Shown: piece by piece, positions 35,469-39,167 of the stretch
Position numbering within the stretch: the first letter of the stretch is position 1
Layout of the letters: every line of letters starts with the position of its first letter
NCBI GenBank assembly: GCA_041484255.1
Contig: JBGPHE010000003.1
Span: 1 to 39,167 of the forward strand
Source of the DNA: Candidatus Nanoarchaeia archaeon
GTDB lineage: Archaea; Nanobdellota; Nanobdellia; Woesearchaeales; ARS49
Reading direction: 5' to 3'
DNA: 39,167 nt
Position numbers and translations under genes: made by a program
The notes under the pieces: generated by a model
Seen by the model: only the letters and a program-made list of their open reading frames with translations
What the model was told of the DNA's origin: nothing
The model's database searches: none

Positions 35469-37085
35469 TCAGCGCTGCTTTTGACTTTGCGCGAGCGCAG
35501 CCTTGATGAAGCCGTAAAACAGCGGGTTTGGCTTCTCCAATCGTGACGTAAGCTCGTTGTGCGCCTGTGTCGCCATGAAGAACGGGTGTCCGGGCAGTTC
35601 GATGAACTCGACGAGGCGGCCGTTCTCGGACATGCCTGAGAGCCGCATGCCGTTCACGCGGAGCCGATCATGATAATCAGGGTTGACTTCGAAGCGGTGG
35701 CGGTGGCGTTCCCATGCTTCGGGTGAGTTATATAGTTGTGCGACCTGGCTATTCTTCTCCAACAGAGCCTTGTACGCTCCCAAACGCATCGTGCCGCCCA
35801 TATTCGTGACGGTTTTCTGCTCGGGCATGATGTCGATGACCGGGTGAGGCGTGGTCGGCTCGTTTTCCGTGGTGTTTGCGCCGTTGAGCTTGCAGACGTT
35901 GCGCGCGAACTCGATGACGGCGAGCTGCAGGCCGTAGCAGATGCCCAGATACGGCACTCCGCGCTCGCGCGCTTCCTTGATGACGCTCATTTTTCCTTCG
36001 ACTCCTCGCGAACCGAAGCCGCCGGGCACGAGCATGCCATGCACGCCTTCCAATGCCTGCGCGGGAGAGATCTTGCCCTCCTCGACGTCGGTTGTTTCAA
36101 TCCAGCGGACATTGACCTTGGTATCGTGATGCGCGCCGGCGTGCGTGAACGCCTCGATGATGCTCGCGTACGAGTCCTTGAGCGCGGTGTACTTGCCGCA
36201 GATGGCGATGGTGACTTCGTGCTTGGGATTTTGGATGCGCTGCACGAGCGCTTCCCATTCCTTGATGTCGGGCGCGTGGCTGAGCTTGAGCTTGTCGTTG
36301 AGGATGTCGACCATGCCGTCCTTGAGGAACATCAACGGAATTTCGTAGATGCTGTCGACGTCCCTGCCGCTGATGATGTGCGAGGGCTCGATGTCGCAGA
36401 ACATCGCGAGTTTTTCTTTTGCGCTCGGGGGCAGTGCGTCCTTGCTGCGGCAGATGATGATGTCAGGCGTGATGCCTTTCTCGCGCAGCAGCGCGACATC
36501 GCGCTGGGCGGTCTTGGTCTTGGGCTCGCCGACGGAGTGTAAGAACGGGACATACGTGAGGTGCACGTACGCGATATTGTCCTGGCCGACGTCTTTCTTG
36601 AGCTGGCGCGCGGCCTCGACAAACCAGCTGTTCTCGATGTCGCCGAGCGTGCCGCCGATTTCCATCAGCACGAGGTCGGGCTGCTCCTGCTTGACGAGCG
36701 TGAAGATCCAGTCCTTGATTTCGTTGATGACGTGCGGGAAAATCTGGATGGTCTTGCCCAGATACTCCCCTTTGCGCTCCTTGGAGATGACGCGGTTGAA
36801 GATTTTGCCCGAGGTGAGGTTCCAACTGGACTTGCACTGCACGCCGAGGAAGCGCTCGTAGTGACCGAAGTCCATGTCGACTTCGCCGCCGTCGTTCAGG
36901 ACGAAGACTTCGCCGTGCTCGACCGGGTTCATCGTGCCCGGGTCGACGTTCAAATACCCGTCGCACTTGATGGGAAGAATCTTGGTTCCATTCTTCAATA
37001 ATCGTCCGAGAGAAGCCGTCGCGGTGCCTTTGCCCAAACCGGAGAGCACTCCGCCCGTAACCACGACGAATTTTGTTTGGTGCAC
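35469..37085 (-). CDS. pyrG: CTP synthase
   Basis: VVTGGVLSGLGKG, DGYLNVDPGTMNP.EHGEVFV, KTKTAQ, VPGGFG.RG.EG, LGICYG, ERHRHR; GTG start at 37085. Confidence 0.97.
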   Translation of the reverse strand: MHQTKFVVVTGGVLSGLGKGTATASLGRLLKNGTKILPIKCDGYLNVDPGTMNPVEHGEVFVLNDGGEVDMDFGHYERFLGVQCKSSWNLTSGKIFNRVISKERKGEYLGKTIQIFPHVINEIKDWIFTLVKQEQPDLVLMEIGGTLGDIENSWFVEAARQLKKDVGQDNIAYVHLTYVPFLHSVGEPKTKTAQRDVALLREKGITPDIIICRSKDALPPSAKEKLAMFCDIEPSHIISGRDVDSIYEIPLMFLKDGMVDILNDKLKLSHAPDIKEWEALVQRIQNPKHEVTIAICGKYTALKDSYASIIEAFTHAGAHHDTKVNVRWIETTDVEEGKISPAQALEGVHGMLVPGGFGSRGVEGKMSVIKEARERGVPYLGICYGLQLAVIEFARNVCKLNGANTTENEPTTPHPVIDIMPEQKTVTNMGGTMRLGAYKALLEKNSQVAQLYNSPEAWERHRHRFEVNPDYHDRLRVNGMRLSGMSENGRLVEFIELPGHPFFMATQAHNELTSRLEKPNPLFYGFIKAALAQSQKQR

Positions 37086-37137
37086 AGCTACGTAGTTTCG
37101 TGGGAGTTTAAATGTTTTTAGAGACTGGAAACTACGG

Positions 37138-37683
37138 TTAGAAAAATGCGTTCCAGAGACCCTGATACACCTTGAGTCCGTCAAATCCTGGGATGGGTAG
37201 CATGTTGAAGATGAACAGGAAGCCGTTGATGCGCTGCGTCATGTGCCAGAAGAACAGCCAGCGCCGCGAACGTGTTGCGTTTTGCGTCGTGACGTACTTC
37301 GCGACAAGATACAGCACGCCGTTGAGCGCGGGACCGGCGAACGCGACGAGCGCGGACTGCAGCGGTAGGAGCGACGCGGGAATTTCGACATAGCCGGGCA
37401 CGAAAAATATGATGGGCGAGTGCACGAGCTTGAGCACGATGCCGATGACGAGGAATGTGTACGCCGCGTGGAATGTCGCCTGCGCGCCGAACAGTATTGC
37501 GGTGAACTTGTGCGCGAGCTCGTGGAAGATCAGCGCAGGAGCGGTCACGAGGCACGCGAGCCAGAGCTGTTTCCAGTCAAAGCCGTACGTCTGCCGCGGC
37601 AGTCGCAGGAAGTCCATGAAGATATAGCCGACCGCGACGGTCATGATGAGGATGTCGAGCAGTTCGCGGAGCGTGATGAGCAT
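37138..37683 (-). CDS. Site-2 protease (peptidase M50) family Zn metalloprotease
   Basis: HELAH, AFAGP..N, FNMLPIPGFDG; start ATG 37683, about 22 nt after a TATA box. Confidence 0.9.
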   Translation of the reverse strand: MLITLRELLDILIMTVAVGYIFMDFLRLPRQTYGFDWKQLWLACLVTAPALIFHELAHKFTAILFGAQATFHAAYTFLVIGIVLKLVHSPIIFFVPGYVEIPASLLPLQSALVAFAGPALNGVLYLVAKYVTTQNATRSRRWLFFWHMTQRINGFLFIFNMLPIPGFDGLKVYQGLWNAFF

Positions 37684-37720
37684 GGAATCCAAGGAAGAAT
37701 GTCGATTTATAATTGTTTCT

Positions 37721-37756
37721 GAGAGAAAAATTGCGCTGCCTCGGATCGAGGCAGCG
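37721..37756 (-). terminator. Hairpin plus T-tract terminator after the basic micro-gene
   Basis: Perfect 10-bp stem CGCTGCCTCG-ATC-CGAGGCAGCG (37734-37756), then CAATTTTTCTCTC on the - strand. Confidence 0.75.
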
Positions 37757-37765
37757 GGTAAATGA

Positions 37766-37828
37766 TTATCTCTTTGAGCGCTTCTTCTTTGATGAGCGCT
37801 TCTTGCTCTTGCGTTTCTTGGCTGCCAT
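37766..37828 (-). CDS. 20-aa highly basic peptide MAAKKRKSKKRSSKKKRSKR
   Basis: ATG...TAA read directly; GAGGTG SD 5 nt upstream (37839-37834); TATA CTTATATA (37881-37874); hairpin terminator downstream. Confidence 0.75.
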   Translation of the reverse strand: MAAKKRKSKKRSSKKKRSKR

Positions 37829-37862
37829 AAGCACACCTCTTTTTTTCTGTTTTGATGATGTA

Positions 37863-37890
37863 CGCGCTGCGAGTATATAAGCGTAGCGCG
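37863..37890 (-). promoter_or_regulatory. TATA box of the micro-gene enclosed in an imperfect inverted repeat
   Basis: CGCGCTGCG-AGTATATAAG-CGTAGCGCG (8 of 9 complementary). Confidence 0.5.
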
Positions 37891-37891
37891 G

Positions 37892-38848
37892 CTACACGAG
37901 CATGCGGGCTTTGAGCTGCTGGTCGATGGCGAAGACCGCGTCAGTAAAGTTCTCGCGCGTGATGCTTGGGAACCCGGCGAGCCTCGCTCCTGCGGCGTAC
38001 GCGTGCCCTCCGCCGCCCAAGAGCCGCGCAATATCCGCGAGGTTCAATGCGCAATCGTCTCGGCGCCGGAAGCTGACGCGTCCGTTGCGGTAGAGAACGA
38101 CAGAAACGTCAACGCCGGTGTGCTTGTCCAGGATGTGCTGCCCCGCATCGGCAGTAGAAAGCAGCGCCGGCGCAAGCGTGAAGCCGAAGCGCGTGTTCAT
38201 CACGTTCTTCACGACCAAATGCTTGATGATGTCCTGCAATGCCGCTGCTTTCTTGACGAGGTAGTCTTTGCGCACCTGCTCGAACTGGTCGCTCCAGAGC
38301 ACGCCGCGCGCGAGCGAAGCGATTAATTCTTTGAGGTCAAAGCCTGACGCGATGAGGTCGGCGAGCTGTTCGGATCGCTTGTCGTTGCGTTCCCAGAACG
38401 TGATGTCGTGCGCGATGCGCGCGAGGTCCTGCGCGACGACATCGTTCGGCAGGAAGCGCTGCTGCGCGAGCTCGGCGGCGCATTTCTTCTGCGCGGGAAG
38501 CGTTCCGCCCTGCAAAGGCCCGGACAAATCCATGGTGTGCGCGGTGCGCTTCAGGAGCGCGAGCGTTTCCGCGTCGTACGCGTGGTGGCTGTTCCAGTAC
38601 GCGATGCGGTTGCGCACCGTGATCGCGCTAAGCCGCTGGGAAAAAGCAGAAAGGCTGTCCGGAAGGAAGTCGACGATGAACACCAGGTCGCCGGACAGCG
38701 CAGACATCGCCGTGAACTGCTCCTGCGCGTTCTCGAAGTCGATGAGCCCGCCGAGCTTGATGTCTTTCTCTTGCAGGCGCGCCGAGCGGAACAGGATGGC
38801 GGCAGCCGCGATTCCGTCGAGCTGCGGAGAACAGTAGACGACGTGCAT
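37892..38848 (-). CDS. DHH/DHHA1-family phosphoesterase-like protein, degenerate active site
   Basis: LDGIAAAA, FIVDF, WNSHH (in place of DHH), KCAAEL, SFR, GGGGHAYAAG. Confidence 0.8.
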   Translation of the reverse strand: MHVVYCSPQLDGIAAAAILFRSARLQEKDIKLGGLIDFENAQEQFTAMSALSGDLVFIVDFLPDSLSAFSQRLSAITVRNRIAYWNSHHAYDAETLALLKRTAHTMDLSGPLQGGTLPAQKKCAAELAQQRFLPNDVVAQDLARIAHDITFWERNDKRSEQLADLIASGFDLKELIASLARGVLWSDQFEQVRKDYLVKKAAALQDIIKHLVVKNVMNTRFGFTLAPALLSTADAGQHILDKHTGVDVSVVLYRNGRVSFRRRDDCALNLADIARLLGGGGHAYAAGARLAGFPSITRENFTDAVFAIDQQLKARMLV

Positions 38849-38879
38849 ACGCGAATTGAGGCGTTTGCCGTATATAAAT

Positions 38880-39167
38880 TTACGGCATAATGCGGTAGAA
38901 ATGGTACAGCACGCGGTCCACTGCCTTGATGAGGTCGAGTTCCTGGCCCTGCAGGGTGAGGCAGTTACCCATCAGCCGCGCTTTGGTCTCGTTCGACGTA
39001 TGCAGGTAGATGACTGCCTTGTCGTCCGCGCAGGTCACGATGGGGTGTCCGTCGCACGCGCCGGATAGGTTCTTGGTGCACGCCGACTGGATTTGCGCGC
39101 CCAGGCCGCGCACGAGGTTGAGCCCGAGCTCGCCCACGGCGACGCCGAGATACTTGAAGTTGGTTCC
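38880..39167 (-). CDS. Hypothetical Cys-containing protein, C-terminal part; 5' end outside window
   Basis: Frame open to window end (GTNFKYLGVAVGELG...); four Cys; ends AVDRVLYHFYRIMP. Confidence 0.7.
   Translation of the reverse strand, partial: GTNFKYLGVAVGELGLNLVRGLGAQIQSACTKNLSGACDGHPIVTCADDKAVIYLHTSNETKARLMGNCLTLQGQELDLIKAVDRVLYHFYRIMP

Noticed and set aside
37766-37828. CTT/GAGCGCTTCTT repeats as a microsatellite, or the peptide as eL41
   Set aside because: Repeats are explained by Lys/Arg/Ser codons; the peptide lacks the KW.KKR.RR pattern of eL41
37684-38031. Long N-terminal extension of the M50 peptidase
   Set aside because: Runs through the DHH 3' end, the micro-gene and its terminator; a TATA box supports ATG 37683
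1-39167. CRISPR arrays, tRNAs, integrases, defence systems
   Set aside because: None recognised; intergenic gaps are short and were read individually, but tRNAscan-SE or Infernal would be needed to exclude divergent RNAs

Overview
GC-rich, gene-dense archaeal chromosome segment, most likely DPANN (Woesearchaeota-like). That placement is inferred from TATA boxes about 22 nt upstream of mostly leaderless start codons, a stand-alone shortened archaeal-type 5S rRNA, archaeal-type secF-secD and a truncated NFACT gene. About 1-29.7 kb is a large surface-glycan locus. It contains a Bacillus Sps-like nonulosonic-acid pathway (NeuB/SpsE synthase, SpsC/DegT aminotransferase, SpsF-SpsG/PseG fusion, two GT-B/TagF-like proteins), an ATP-grasp ligase plus HAD, a nucleotide-sugar dehydrogenase translationally coupled to a glutamine-dependent NadE, a WbuX/HisH/HisF amidotransferase trio, three Zn-finger methyltransferases and a Wzx/MOP flippase. 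It ends with a candidate lipid-linked pentofuranose module (UbiA/DPPR-synthase-like, FAD oxidoreductase, SDRs, GT-C). About 29.7-39.2 kb is housekeeping: 5S rRNA, DUF347 protein, secF-secD-two SMR-like genes-NFACT operon, pyrG, M50 peptidase and a degenerate DHH protein. Two elements are absent from the ORF track: the 5S rRNA and a 20-aa Lys/Arg/Ser micro-gene (MAAKKRKSKKRSSKKKRSKR) with its own TATA box, SD and hairpin terminator. All calls come from motif recognition by eye; no database search was run.
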